Of a stretch of DNA of 58,395 nt, positions 9,633 through 18,651 are shown piece by piece. The position numbers and the translations under genes were made by a program. The notes beneath the pieces were generated by a model. That model was given only the letters and a program-made list of their open reading frames with translations. It did no database searches and was not told the DNA's origin. Positions within the stretch are counted from its first letter, which is position 1; each line of letters starts with the position of its first letter. The stretch is taken from IMG/VR virus record IMGVR_UViG_3300031772_000043, positions 1-58,395 of that record; one strand, given 5' to 3'. The stretch comes from a virus (Duplodnaviria > Caudoviricetes).

Positions 9633-9662
9633 AAAACAGAAGCAAGCCGGTAAAAGAGGCGC

Positions 9663-9974
9663 ATGTGGACACCTGAAAGTATCGCGCAACTTCTTGCCGA
9701 AGAAAACCCTGATGCTCTTCTGGCCGAAGGGTTTGAAGACGCTTTCCTAGGAGTTGTACGTCGTTGTGGCCAGCCCAGCGTTGCTGCTTATTCCTACGAA
9801 CTAGGAGTGGCGACGTTGGTAGCGAGGGAGAAGATGACGTACGAAGAAGCCGAGGAGTGGATGGAGTTCAACGTAGTTGGGGCCTGGATGGGTCCGGGCA
9901 CTCCGGCCTGGATTTGCTCGGGAGACCTTTCTGCGGTAGCTACTTCTCCCTCTAAGAAGGATAAAAGGAATTGA
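9663..9974 (+). CDS. conserved phage hypothetical protein
   Basis: GFEDAFLG...EEAEEWMEFNVVGAWMGPGTP, a pattern recalled from phage proteins. Confidence 0.7.
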   Translation: MWTPESIAQLLAEENPDALLAEGFEDAFLGVVRRCGQPSVAAYSYELGVATLVAREKMTYEEAEEWMEFNVVGAWMGPGTPAWICSGDLSAVATSPSKKDKRN

Positions 9975-9975
9975 A

Positions 9976-10179
9976 ATGATTGATGACCGTCCCTCTTCCC
10001 CTCCGGCTCCGACGGGAGCCGCCAGCGTCCTGTGGACTCTAGTATTTCGTTTTCGTAGCATGTTGGCCGACTACCTGAGAGAAAACCCTCAAGAGGCGTT
10101 GCACCCAACTGTGCGAGCTGAACTGGGTAGAACACAGGTTCTCTTGGACACGTTGCGCGCTTTACCTGATTCAAAGTAA
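9976..10179 (+). CDS. hypothetical protein
   Basis: 67 aa; AAGGA upstream. Confidence 0.55.
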   Translation: MIDDRPSSPPAPTGAASVLWTLVFRFRSMLADYLRENPQEALHPTVRAELGRTQVLLDTLRALPDSK

Positions 10180-10184
10180 AGCTT

Positions 10185-10649
10185 ATGGCAACTTGCACAG
10201 CCTGCGGAGCCCCGAGTGCTTACAATTCTGGATTCTCTCTGGAATGCGTAAACAAGCAGTGCTCTTTCTTTTCTCAAAGACAGTGGGATGACACTGTCGG
10301 CAAAGAGCCTTTTTCTGTGCTGACGTTTGGTTCAAACGACTTGCGAGTCACGTCGGTCAAGGACGTAAACTACATACTGCTAACCGTGAAATCGGGAACA
10401 GTGAACGTAAGAGTTGAGCAGGCAGATGAAGACGAATGGCGGCACACCTGTCAGGCAGCAGATGTCGTTCGTTCCACCTCCTCCGGAAAGCCCTTTCACC
10501 TCTATGTAGGAATGTGGAATCCAGAGTCTCCTGAATCTCACGAAGTTTTAGTGGAAATGCTGGACTCACTAGGAATATGCCTGTACTCTAACTCTCACAT
10601 TCTTCGCCGAGGACTTTCTCTTTCTAATCTCGCATTCAGCACTATCTAA
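10185..10649 (+). CDS. hypothetical protein with N-terminal zinc ribbon
   Basis: CTACG...ECVNKQC. Confidence 0.6.
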   Translation: MATCTACGAPSAYNSGFSLECVNKQCSFFSQRQWDDTVGKEPFSVLTFGSNDLRVTSVKDVNYILLTVKSGTVNVRVEQADEDEWRHTCQAADVVRSTSSGKPFHLYVGMWNPESPESHEVLVEMLDSLGICLYSNSHILRRGLSLSNLAFSTI

Positions 10650-10688
10650 TAGCACCCGACTTCTATCTGGACTCGCTAGGAGGTAGCT

Positions 10689-10901
10689 ATGACAATTCAC
10701 ATGAATGCGCGATGTGACTTTGACCGCTGCAAGACAATTCAGCCTTTTTCCTTGGACTCTGCTGCGGAAACCGGGGACATAATTTTGAATGGTCTTCGTC
10801 AAGGAGGATGGAAAGTGGAAGGGACTTTCAATGGAACTCCGGGCGGAGTGAAGTTGACGTGCCCCTTCTGCATGAAGCAGGCGAAGCTGCCTACTCCCTG
10901 A
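10689..10901 (+). CDS. small zinc-finger protein
   Basis: AGGAGG RBS; CDFDRC...CPFC. Confidence 0.65.
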   Translation: MTIHMNARCDFDRCKTIQPFSLDSAAETGDIILNGLRQGGWKVEGTFNGTPGGVKLTCPFCMKQAKLPTP

Positions 10902-10941
10902 GTTCCTCCTGTAAAACACTCAGAGAAACCAAAGGCACCCC

Positions 10942-11211
10942 GTGACCAAAGTTCTGTTTTTCACCGCATCCTGGTGTCAGCCGTGCTTGGCCGTGAAGCG
11001 GATTCTCAAAGAGAATCCGGAAATCGCCGATAGGATAGAAGTAGTAGATATCGAAGAAAACGCGCTGCTGGCTAAGCAACACAGCATCCGAGGAGTTCCG
11101 ACTTTCGTCAAACCTGACGGAACTCGACACCTAGGCGCGCTTTCCAAAAAAGACTTGCTCGCGTTTGTTGGCGCGGCACCAAAGAAGGAAGAGAAACCCC
11201 ATGAACCCTGA
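10942..11211 (+). CDS. thioredoxin family protein
   Basis: FTASWCQPC active site and IRGVPT cis-Pro motif. Confidence 0.9.
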   Translation: MTKVLFFTASWCQPCLAVKRILKENPEIADRIEVVDIEENALLAKQHSIRGVPTFVKPDGTRHLGALSKKDLLAFVGAAPKKEEKPHEP

Positions 11212-11647
11212 GACGACGAACAATTCTGTTGGGATGGCTGCCACTGAGAAGGATGGCGAGTGGATCGGAGAGGCCATGGAAGGAGTACTTCCTTCAGAAA
11301 TGGACTCCAGGGTCTGGCTGCAGGAAGAGGCTACCGAAGTGTCTCCCGGCCGTCTAGCAAATAAGTTTCGAGAGCTTGGGCACAACCTGGTGGTGCTTGC
11401 TTCTGTGGCCCCCATTCACGTGCATGGGTCCGAAGAGAAGAAGGTCAGCTACCACGTTATCGCATATCGGGCCGAGGGGGACAAGGTCAAGAAGCCTAAC
11501 GAGGCAGACATCTCTCGTGTGCGAAAGACCTTTTTCTGCCGTGATCTGACCTCGGAAGAAAGAGTCTACGAAGGCTCGGTCGGCGAATCTAAGGCCTACC
11601 ACTTCATGACGGTATTCAAGCAGCCTTCCATCATTCTTGAGGACTGA
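11201..11647 (+). CDS. hypothetical protein
   Basis: Coupled ORF. Confidence 0.65.
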   Translation: MNPETTNNSVGMAATEKDGEWIGEAMEGVLPSEMDSRVWLQEEATEVSPGRLANKFRELGHNLVVLASVAPIHVHGSEEKKVSYHVIAYRAEGDKVKKPNEADISRVRKTFFCRDLTSEERVYEGSVGESKAYHFMTVFKQPSIILED

Positions 11648-11994
11648 TGTCAGACATTCATCCCAAGACTCCTACTGAATTGGTGGCGCAGATCTGGTGC
11701 GAGCCTAAAAACTCACATACGGAAATGAACCCCAATCTCGCGGAGAGCATGGTTACTCTATTGGAAAGAGAGCAGCGTCACACCGACGCCTGGGTGGATA
11801 CCGCTGCTTTTCACTGCCGGAATGAAGAATTCTACCGAGGAATTTGTCAGAAGGTAGGAGAAATACTGGGCGAAGCCGCTTACACCTCCGACGACGGTTC
11901 CAAACAGGACAACGTACTGGCCCTCAAATTACCGGAGCTAGTGCGCGCACTGAAGGAGAGTACCAGTGCATTCAAAGCCAATGGCGGATTCTGA
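11647..11994 (+). CDS. hypothetical protein
   Basis: TGATG overlap, 115 aa. Confidence 0.65.
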   Translation: MSDIHPKTPTELVAQIWCEPKNSHTEMNPNLAESMVTLLEREQRHTDAWVDTAAFHCRNEEFYRGICQKVGEILGEAAYTSDDGSKQDNVLALKLPELVRALKESTSAFKANGGF

Positions 11995-12166
11995 GGGAGT
12001 ATTCTCCTCTCCGGAGACAAAGAGATACGTCTGCCATAAGTGCAAGCAAGAGACGGCCACATGCAGGGTCTGGGAGTCCTCCTGTGGCGGGTATGAAGAC
12101 TACAAGTACGAATGCCAGAACTCAAATTGTAGGCATTCTTGGTGGGTAGACGGCATCGACTCATAG
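11981..12166 (+). CDS. small zinc-ribbon protein
   Basis: CHKCK...YECQNSNCRHSW. Confidence 0.6.
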   Translation: MADSEGVFSSPETKRYVCHKCKQETATCRVWESSCGGYEDYKYECQNSNCRHSWWVDGIDS

Positions 12167-12192
12167 ATTAGTTATGGGTTCATGAGGGCCCC

Positions 12193-12714
12193 ATGCCAGA
12201 CGAAAAAGAGAAAGACCACAAGATCATCACCATTGGAAAATGGGCTGGTGCTATTGCGGGCATAATTGGTCTTGTCGCAACCGCCTGGACCGGAATCTCC
12301 AGGGCCAGCACCCTAATCGAGAAGGTCGAAACTACTGCTGCCACCATCGATCATTTGAAGGAGGCACAAGAAAGTCTGGCATCCTCGTTGCGAACGGGAG
12401 ACGAGAATTCCGTTAGAACGTGTCATGATGAACTAACGGTAGTCGTTGCTTCCATGCGCGCGAGAGCAGAACGCGACGGGGAGATAATTACTCAGCTTCG
12501 CATCGCCATTGCGTCCATAGAGTCTGCTAGAGGTGGGACTCGGGCGCGTATCTCTGCTTCCTTGGCGGCGCTGCCGGTGGCCGGACACCCTGCTCCGTCT
12601 CCGCCTTCTTTGGGGGACACCAGTCGGGCTCTAGGGCGTGTGGAAGCCCTGGAGATGGACGATCCTCTTGCAGACCTAAGTGCGGATTTCTCCCCAATAT
12701 CATCTGGGATGTAA
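12193..12714 (+). CDS. membrane-anchored coiled-coil protein
   Basis: One N-terminal hydrophobic helix followed by a helical/heptad region. Confidence 0.6.
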   Translation: MPDEKEKDHKIITIGKWAGAIAGIIGLVATAWTGISRASTLIEKVETTAATIDHLKEAQESLASSLRTGDENSVRTCHDELTVVVASMRARAERDGEIITQLRIAIASIESARGGTRARISASLAALPVAGHPAPSPPSLGDTSRALGRVEALEMDDPLADLSADFSPISSGM

Positions 12715-12715
12715 C

Positions 12716-12732
12716 GAACCCTGCCGATAGTA
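12716..12732 (+). promoter_or_regulatory. conserved 17-bp motif copy 3 (GAACCCTGCCGATAGTA)
   Basis: Intergenic; GAGG RBS and ATG 12749 follow. Confidence 0.7.
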
Positions 12733-12748
12733 GAGGGTAGGTGAGGTC

Positions 12749-13222
12749 ATGGGAAAAACCTATCATGGTACGCGGAAAAAGTTCGCTGTGGTGAAAACAC
12801 AAAAGCATAAGGACCGCGCAAAGTGGAAGGGTCAGAATGGAACGAGATTGCGGTCACTCGCTTCTGACCTAGCAGATTTCAAGGCAGCGGGCGGGGATGC
12901 CATCCTGCACACCCCTCGGCCGTTTACGGCCTTTAGCCCCCCTCCCCCGATTGCGGTGCCAGAGCCTGCGGTCCAAGGCTCTGGAGGCAATTCCCACGTC
13001 CATCTTTTCACCAAGTACAGCCTCGCAGAGCTAGAATCCCACAAGGATTACGCAGCTCGACAAGTTTCGCACCTCACTAAGCTGCTGAAGTGTCTAAGAG
13101 CTACAGACCCTTCAGCTCCGGCTCTGCGGCACTACGAGAGCCAGAAAAAGAAGTGGGACAGGCAGACAGGTATTCTAGGGTCTGTTTTGTTCGAGGCGAC
13201 TCAGAATCCTAAGTGGCGATGA
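12749..13222 (+). CDS. hypothetical basic protein
   Basis: 157 aa; GAGGT RBS. Confidence 0.65.
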   Translation: MGKTYHGTRKKFAVVKTQKHKDRAKWKGQNGTRLRSLASDLADFKAAGGDAILHTPRPFTAFSPPPPIAVPEPAVQGSGGNSHVHLFTKYSLAELESHKDYAARQVSHLTKLLKCLRATDPSAPALRHYESQKKKWDRQTGILGSVLFEATQNPKWR

Positions 13223-13755
13223 ACACTCGTATTTACTTTCCTCTGCCGCAGTGGGCTGTAGAATTCCCTCGTTTCCTATCTAAGGACGGAGCCTTCGGCG
13301 CGGTACGAAAGCACGATATCCACACGGGTGTTGACCTATACACGGCTGAGGGAGCGCCTGTGCTAGCGATGGAGGACGGGCATGTAATCGCCGTGGTCCC
13401 CTTCACAGGGCCACCGGAGTCTCCTTGGTGGCTACCTACCCTGGCAGTCCTGATTGCCGGGGCTAGTGGAGTTCTTTGCTACGGAGAAGTAGTTACTGTT
13501 CTTCGCGAGGGCGATGACGTAAGGGGAGGGGAACCTATTGCCAACGTCATCCCTGTTCTCGCTGAAGGTAAGGCCAACCCTGAAATTTATGGACACTCCA
13601 GGGCAATGCTGCATCTGGAGTTGTACACGGCCTCAACACGCTCTCCCGTCTGGTGGAAGCTGAATGAGCCGTGCCCCGATTGTCTGAAAGATCCCATGCC
13701 TCTTCTAGTCCGGGCGTGGAACGAGAGGAGTGTCCATGGCGAAAAAGACTGCTGA
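13219..13755 (+). CDS. M23 family metallopeptidase (peptidoglycan hydrolase-like)
   Basis: HTGVD (HxxxD) and MLHLE motifs. Confidence 0.8.
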   Translation: MNTRIYFPLPQWAVEFPRFLSKDGAFGAVRKHDIHTGVDLYTAEGAPVLAMEDGHVIAVVPFTGPPESPWWLPTLAVLIAGASGVLCYGEVVTVLREGDDVRGGEPIANVIPVLAEGKANPEIYGHSRAMLHLELYTASTRSPVWWKLNEPCPDCLKDPMPLLVRAWNERSVHGEKDC

Positions 13756-14053
13756 AAAGAAGACTGCTGAAAAGAAGAGTGAATACTTTACGTGCGAGCG
13801 TCTCAACTGTACACTGCGTGAAGAGGTGTGCGGGAAACGTTGGCGAATTGCGTCGATGGCTGGCCCTAAGCGAGAACGTGTGTCGTCACTCGTACAGCAA
13901 TACATGTCGTGCCACGGATGTCCTATCGGACAGGAGAATGCACGCAAGGTGAAGGCCCCTGAGTTGTTTACTCTCCGTCTAGGGCATGTCGTAGCGCAGG
14001 GAGCTAAAGCGTCTAAGGCTTCTCGTGCTAAGGCCAAAGCAACGGCAGGATAA
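13736..14053 (+). CDS. hypothetical Cys-containing protein
   Basis: GAGGAG RBS; CERL..C...CHGCP. Confidence 0.6.
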   Translation: MAKKTAEKKTAEKKSEYFTCERLNCTLREEVCGKRWRIASMAGPKRERVSSLVQQYMSCHGCPIGQENARKVKAPELFTLRLGHVVAQGAKASKASRAKAKATAG

Positions 14054-14054
14054 A

Positions 14055-14231
14055 ATGAACTACCGGATATCAGCCAGAGAGTATTGCGAGTGCGCAGGGT
14101 GCCACGCCCAGTTTCCCCGAACTGAGATGCGAGAAGGGACCACCACCTTCTGGTGTGCTAGTTGTTGGGAGACTGGATTACAGCGTCTCCTAGCACTGGG
14201 TCTTTCCTCGCTCAGCGGAGGACGATGGTGA
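14055..14231 (+). CDS. small zinc-finger protein
   Basis: CAGC...CASC; AGGA upstream. Confidence 0.55.
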   Translation: MNYRISAREYCECAGCHAQFPRTEMREGTTTFWCASCWETGLQRLLALGLSSLSGGRW

Positions 14232-14611
14232 GTATCTTGGAGTCTACAGGAGTTTCAAGTTCCGACTTCAGGACCCGACCCCTGATATGTAGTTCTACTT
14301 CGCACGCAATTCGTATTGTGAAGAGAAGTGGGGAGTATAAGGCTCTGGTTCTCCGGCTATCTCACGACCCAGAATCCTGCTCGCAGCTTTTAGATGAAGT
14401 GCAGGCCACCCTAGAGGAGCACAGGGAACCGGGCTTCGCCAACCCTTACGATGTCACTCTCTTTGCTTGCTTGTTAGCATTCGAAGAGTTAGGGTTGAGT
14501 CTCTGCGTATGGGACACGATGCGTGCAAGGCTCAGAGAGGAACTGAACTGGTCGCGCCTAGCCGCTGTTTCGCAGGCGTCCGTTCTGGTCTCGGTAAAGA
14601 ACTTTAGTTGA
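14225..14611 (+). CDS. hypothetical protein
   Basis: GGAGG RBS before ATG 14225. Confidence 0.6.
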   Translation: MVSILESTGVSSSDFRTRPLICSSTSHAIRIVKRSGEYKALVLRLSHDPESCSQLLDEVQATLEEHREPGFANPYDVTLFACLLAFEELGLSLCVWDTMRARLREELNWSRLAAVSQASVLVSVKNFS

Positions 14612-14747
14612 CAGCAGATACGAGATATGGTCCCAGATCTTCCAGGTCCTGTGGCCGTTCTGCAATCCGACAACGATATCCCCATCCCGTAAATCCTGAC
14701 GAGCTACTAGCCGCCTAATGGCGGCAATAAGACGGCTGTCTATCGGG

Positions 14748-14945
14748 TTAGGGACCACCGCCGCCTCCTGCTCCGTCGCCGCCCGCTCCTGCGTCTCCTC
14801 CAACACCTGGAGTAACATCCAGACCGTCAGCGGGGGAGCCTGCGTAGTCCTTACGCTTCTTATGCTTCTTACGCTTGGCTACCAATGCAAGAGCGACCTT
14901 TTCAAGCCGTAAGGAAAGTTCTAGGATACTAGGGTTTGTTCGCAT
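14748..14945 (-). CDS. small basic/Gly-rich protein with RLEKVA leader
   Basis: MRTNPSILELSLRLEKVALA shares the leader seen in other - strand genes; KRKKHKKRK patch. Confidence 0.55.
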   Translation of the reverse strand: MRTNPSILELSLRLEKVALALVAKRKKHKKRKDYAGSPADGLDVTPGVGGDAGAGGDGAGGGGGP

Positions 14946-15021
14946 AGATTGCTCTTCTGTAAATAGCAGTGTAGGCTTTCTTGTAGAAGTCTGAATCTAT
15001 TTTCTGAAGTCAGAGGGCAAC

Positions 15022-15390
15022 ATGGCAACTGAAAGTGTCTATCTAGATAGTCTCAACGATCCAGAGCTTTACCTGGACTCTCCGCTTCCCCTGGAGATCT
15101 CAGGAGGGTCTGGAAACTTTGTAGCCTCCTGGATGGAAACCCGTATCGAAGGAGAGGGCCCTACAAAGGATGCGGCAGTAGACGATGTCCGGAGAGCCAT
15201 CCTGGCTCGTTACCGCATCATCGAGAAGAAGCTGAAGGCGGGAGAGCGCGTCCGAGACCCTGATGAGACCGTATGGATTTCCATGTGCCACTACGTGGCC
15301 AATGTGACCCGAGGCCGTATTCGTCAGGGAGAAGAGCAGCAGCTTCAGAGTCCAACGGACCCGGATTACAAGGGTCCTGTGTTCGGGTGA
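15022..15390 (+). CDS. hypothetical protein, HicB-like N-terminal fold
   Basis: FVASW....EGEGPTKDAAVDDVRRAI resembles the HicB GxTxEEA pattern. Confidence 0.5.
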   Translation: MATESVYLDSLNDPELYLDSPLPLEISGGSGNFVASWMETRIEGEGPTKDAAVDDVRRAILARYRIIEKKLKAGERVRDPDETVWISMCHYVANVTRGRIRQGEEQQLQSPTDPDYKGPVFG

Positions 15391-15391
15391 A

Positions 15392-15772
15392 CTAATTCTT
15401 ACGCGTAGGTCGGTCCGGGGCTGGTTTCTCTTGCGAGGACTCCAGGTCCCGGACTTTTCTTTTGTACATCTTGGACTTTACCTGGGGCGCCCGGTCTCCG
15501 AACGAAAGCTTTCCAGTTGCGTACAAAGCGTCCAGCGTACGCAGAACTTCCAGCGCGCTGTCCAGCTTTGTCTTGACCTTTTCAAGGCGTTTTTGGGCGC
15601 CTTGGTTATTCGAGCGTTCCAGTAAACTCAACACAGATTCCAGGTCTTCAGAAGCCTCCAGCAGACCTAGATGTGCGTTTACGGTGTCTGCCACGAAGCG
15701 GTCAAAGTGAATCTTTGACCCTGCAACATGTAGAGCGACTTGAAGCAGCCTTTCAGAAATTGCTAAACGCAT
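15392..15772 (-). CDS. hypothetical protein with RLLQVA leader
   Basis: 126 aa; MRLAISERLLQVALHVA. Confidence 0.65.
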   Translation of the reverse strand: MRLAISERLLQVALHVAGSKIHFDRFVADTVNAHLGLLEASEDLESVLSLLERSNNQGAQKRLEKVKTKLDSALEVLRTLDALYATGKLSFGDRAPQVKSKMYKRKVRDLESSQEKPAPDRPTRKN

Positions 15773-15866
15773 GTTCGTAGATAACCAAACTCAGACCTGT
15801 CTCCTTTTAGTTAGGGAGTCAAACCGGACTGGTTATTTGTACGTGTTAGACGCATCTTGGTTCTCC

Positions 15867-15883
15867 GAACCCTGCTGATAGTA
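15867..15883 (+). promoter_or_regulatory. conserved 17-bp motif copy 4 (GAACCCTGCTGATAGTA)
   Basis: In the divergent intergenic region before the 15965 cluster. Confidence 0.7.
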
Positions 15884-15964
15884 GGCCAGGAGAAAGACCC
15901 GATTCCTGTCGGGCGACTGAGATGCGTTTTGCTTCTCGAAGAGTAGCAAACCGGAGGTACCTGA

Positions 15965-16351
15965 GTGAGCACGGATAGAAAGCAAGTCGAAAAGGAACTT
16001 CACCTCATCGACGACATTTGGTCCAAGACTCGACCTGGTAAACGCGTGTGTGGAGGAGACCGAGATGGAAATTCTTGTGTGTTCCCCGTAGAGGATATTC
16101 GATCTGTACTAGGTCGATTTGAGAGTCCGTCTGAGGCCGAAGCCTACGCTCTAAGTGCGGGGCATATCGAGCGGCTTGCGGAACTTGTAAAGAAACTGCT
16201 GGACGAGCGCGACGAAGCGCGACTAGCCCTTCATGAGATTTCTCAAGTTGCAGACCCGGCTTATGAAGCGTTCAACGAGCAAAAGCCGGTTGACATGGCA
16301 ACCGTATTGAGGACTACTCATAGATGGAGTCACTTCGTCCTAAGACCCTGA
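15965..16351 (+). CDS. hypothetical protein
   Basis: GGAGG RBS, GTG start. Confidence 0.65.
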   Translation: MSTDRKQVEKELHLIDDIWSKTRPGKRVCGGDRDGNSCVFPVEDIRSVLGRFESPSEAEAYALSAGHIERLAELVKKLLDERDEARLALHEISQVADPAYEAFNEQKPVDMATVLRTTHRWSHFVLRP

Positions 16352-16596
16352 AATTCCTTCTTATCGCCGTATGCCCGTACGACGAAGCAGAAGAGGTCTG
16401 GATACCGTATTGGTTGGAAGCTACTTCGTTTGAAACCGCCCAGGTTGAAGCGAAACAGATAGCTTTCCACCTCTACACGGCCAGCACCCAACAACTTGAT
16501 AGATTTAGATTCAAGTTGTTTCGTATGGATTTTCCGCTTCCGACAGACCATCAAGACAGGTGGCTTTCGGAGTTTCGTAAACAAGCTCCAACTTAA
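16324..16596 (+). CDS. hypothetical protein
   Basis: 90-aa ORF tiling the gap. Confidence 0.55.
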   Translation: MESLRPKTLKFLLIAVCPYDEAEEVWIPYWLEATSFETAQVEAKQIAFHLYTASTQQLDRFRFKLFRMDFPLPTDHQDRWLSEFRKQAPT

Positions 16597-16620
16597 ACAA
16601 CTTACCAAACCGAGCCTCTA

Positions 16621-17883
16621 ATGACGTCTAACTGGTGGCACACTCCCAACACCCCGGCCCCAAGCCGATCCGACATAAATGAATGGATTTATCAGTGGGC
16701 GCTGCAGGCGCTGACGTTGAAGGCTCTGAAAGAAGGCGGGCCGCCTCCACTCCGAGTGGGCGCTCTTGGTCCAGTCTCTGACCCTGACGTGTACCTGAAG
16801 CTTGTGGCGTTGTTAGACGCCCATAAGGCGGTGGTGGCAGAGGAATCGCTGTACGTCTGGGACGATGATTTCGAAGAAGTCCGTGCCTGGGATACTGGGG
16901 CGGCTTTCATTGCGACTACTGATAATGGGACAAGATTGGGGGTAAACGCGGTAACGACAGATCCAGAATTCCTGGAGGAAATTCGTGCGTTTCTCCACAC
17001 AAACATCTTGAAGAAGGCCCCCACTCATCAGGGTAAGGTATACGTCCTTACGCAGGGACCTGACGGTATCTCTCCCTCTTCTCTGGGTTTCGCAGCCGTG
17101 CCTTTAGAGTTGGACAATTACGAGCCCTCCATTCAGCCTTTAATTTCTCAGGCTGTTCTGGATCTGGCTACACAATGGCCGGATGGGCGTCTGACAATCC
17201 TAGAAGGTCCTCCAGGATGCGGGAAAACCTTCCTAATCCGGTCACTGGTTCACGCAGTTCCCAAGGCCAAGTTCATCTTCGTACCTCCGGCTCTGGTTCC
17301 GAGTCTGGGAGATCCCTCGCTAGCTTCGGCTTTGCTGTCTTTGCGCGATCACGATGACTCCGAAGACCGGGTCTATCATGGGCCGACGATTCTGATCTGC
17401 GAGGACGCTGACTCCATTCTGGTTACTCGTGCCATTGACAACATGCCAGCTATTTCCTCTGTCCTGAACTTGACAAGTGGACTTTTAGGTGACGTGATCG
17501 ACATGCGGGTGATTGCCACGACCAATGCTCCTCGCACAAAGATTGAACCTGCCTTGCTCAGAAATGGGCGACTGGCTCACTACATTCAGGTTGCTCCGCT
17601 GAGCCAGAGTCAAGCATCTTCAGTCCTGGACCGTTTGTTGGGAGAGAAGCAGGTTGTAGATAGCTGGCCACACGCCCAAGTTCCTAAGCATTCCGGTGGG
17701 ATGGGATTCTCCACAGATTCAGTTCAAGAACTTCCAGACAAGGTTCTTCTCGCGGATGTCTTCAAAGAAGCTAAAAAGCGCGGGTGGAGGCCAGACAGGG
17801 GCAGCCGCACTTCAGATTTGCACAAGGTCGTAGTACGACGACCTAGGTCGTACGCAGTTTCATCCACCAAAGTTACGAGCTGA
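16621..17883 (+). CDS. AAA+ family ATPase
   Basis: Walker A GPPGCGKT, Walker B-like ILICEDAD, ATTN and ALLRNGRL second region of homology. Confidence 0.85.
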   Translation: MTSNWWHTPNTPAPSRSDINEWIYQWALQALTLKALKEGGPPPLRVGALGPVSDPDVYLKLVALLDAHKAVVAEESLYVWDDDFEEVRAWDTGAAFIATTDNGTRLGVNAVTTDPEFLEEIRAFLHTNILKKAPTHQGKVYVLTQGPDGISPSSLGFAAVPLELDNYEPSIQPLISQAVLDLATQWPDGRLTILEGPPGCGKTFLIRSLVHAVPKAKFIFVPPALVPSLGDPSLASALLSLRDHDDSEDRVYHGPTILICEDADSILVTRAIDNMPAISSVLNLTSGLLGDVIDMRVIATTNAPRTKIEPALLRNGRLAHYIQVAPLSQSQASSVLDRLLGEKQVVDSWPHAQVPKHSGGMGFSTDSVQELPDKVLLADVFKEAKKRGWRPDRGSRTSDLHKVVVRRPRSYAVSSTKVTS

Positions 17884-17885
17884 AA

Positions 17886-18317
17886 ATGAAAACAAAGCCT
17901 AGATGGTTCTGGTACCAAGTTGTTGGGTCACTGTTGGCGGTGCTTCCTGCATTGGCGTGCTTCGTAGCGTCTATCTATATTCTAGAAGAATCGGAGCTTG
18001 AGACTCCTTTTCTTGCCTACCTCACAGTATCCGTAGTAACCCTCCTGACAGGATATTCTATGGCCCGACAGGGAGAGCGGCAGGAGGAGGACGAACGTCT
18101 TCGTAAACTGATTAGGGAGGTGCTGCAGGAAGAAGGAGCTATCAAACGACCGTCACCATTTTATGTGCCCCCTCCAACTCCAGCGCTCATATCGGCCGGG
18201 CAGCTTAGCGCGGAGAAGAAGACCCCTACTTCTCCGGCAGCAACTCCTCCGGCAATACCTTCAACCAACGGGCAAAATGGAAAGACATCTTCTGTTGTGG
18301 AAGCGGACGTAGACTAA
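17886..18317 (+). CDS. membrane protein
   Basis: Two hydrophobic helices and a Pro-rich tail. Confidence 0.65.
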   Translation: MKTKPRWFWYQVVGSLLAVLPALACFVASIYILEESELETPFLAYLTVSVVTLLTGYSMARQGERQEEDERLRKLIREVLQEEGAIKRPSPFYVPPPTPALISAGQLSAEKKTPTSPAATPPAIPSTNGQNGKTSSVVEADVD

Positions 18318-18637
18318 TGTTACTCGTTGATATTGCAGTAGGGGACGCCTACGGCGCTGGTTTTGAATTTAAGGACGATGAACTCATCAGGGCGTATAAT
18401 ACAGGCTTCGCCTTTTTGCCTCATGCGCTCTCCGCTAAAGGACCCGGCTGCTATACCGATGACACTCAAATGTCTATCGCAATTGCGGAGGTGGTCCTAG
18501 CTAATCGAGAAAGCCCGTCAGATCTCCGGCCCATTGATTTTGCACAGGCATTTGGCTTCTGTTTTTTGGTGGAATTGAGCCAGAAATTGGCTATTCCGCC
18601 TTGCGGATGGACCCCATTCCGAGAGTCTTTGATCTAA
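18317..18637 (+). pseudogene. truncated ADP-ribosylglycohydrolase (N-terminal third only)
   Basis: IAVGDAYGAGFEF and YTDDTQM motifs present; only 106 aa versus about 300 typical for the family. Confidence 0.65.
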
Positions 18638-18651
18638 CTAAGGGCGAAAAT

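Noticed and set aside
12193-13755. Holin plus endolysin lysis cassette
   Set aside because: The membrane protein and the M23 peptidase are separated by a motif copy and an unrelated gene. There is no real holin evidence.
14558-14912. ORFs 14718-14912 (+) and 14558-14818 (-)
   Set aside because: They overlap 14748-14945 (-), which is preferred because it has the shared leader and an upstream motif. The choice is not certain.
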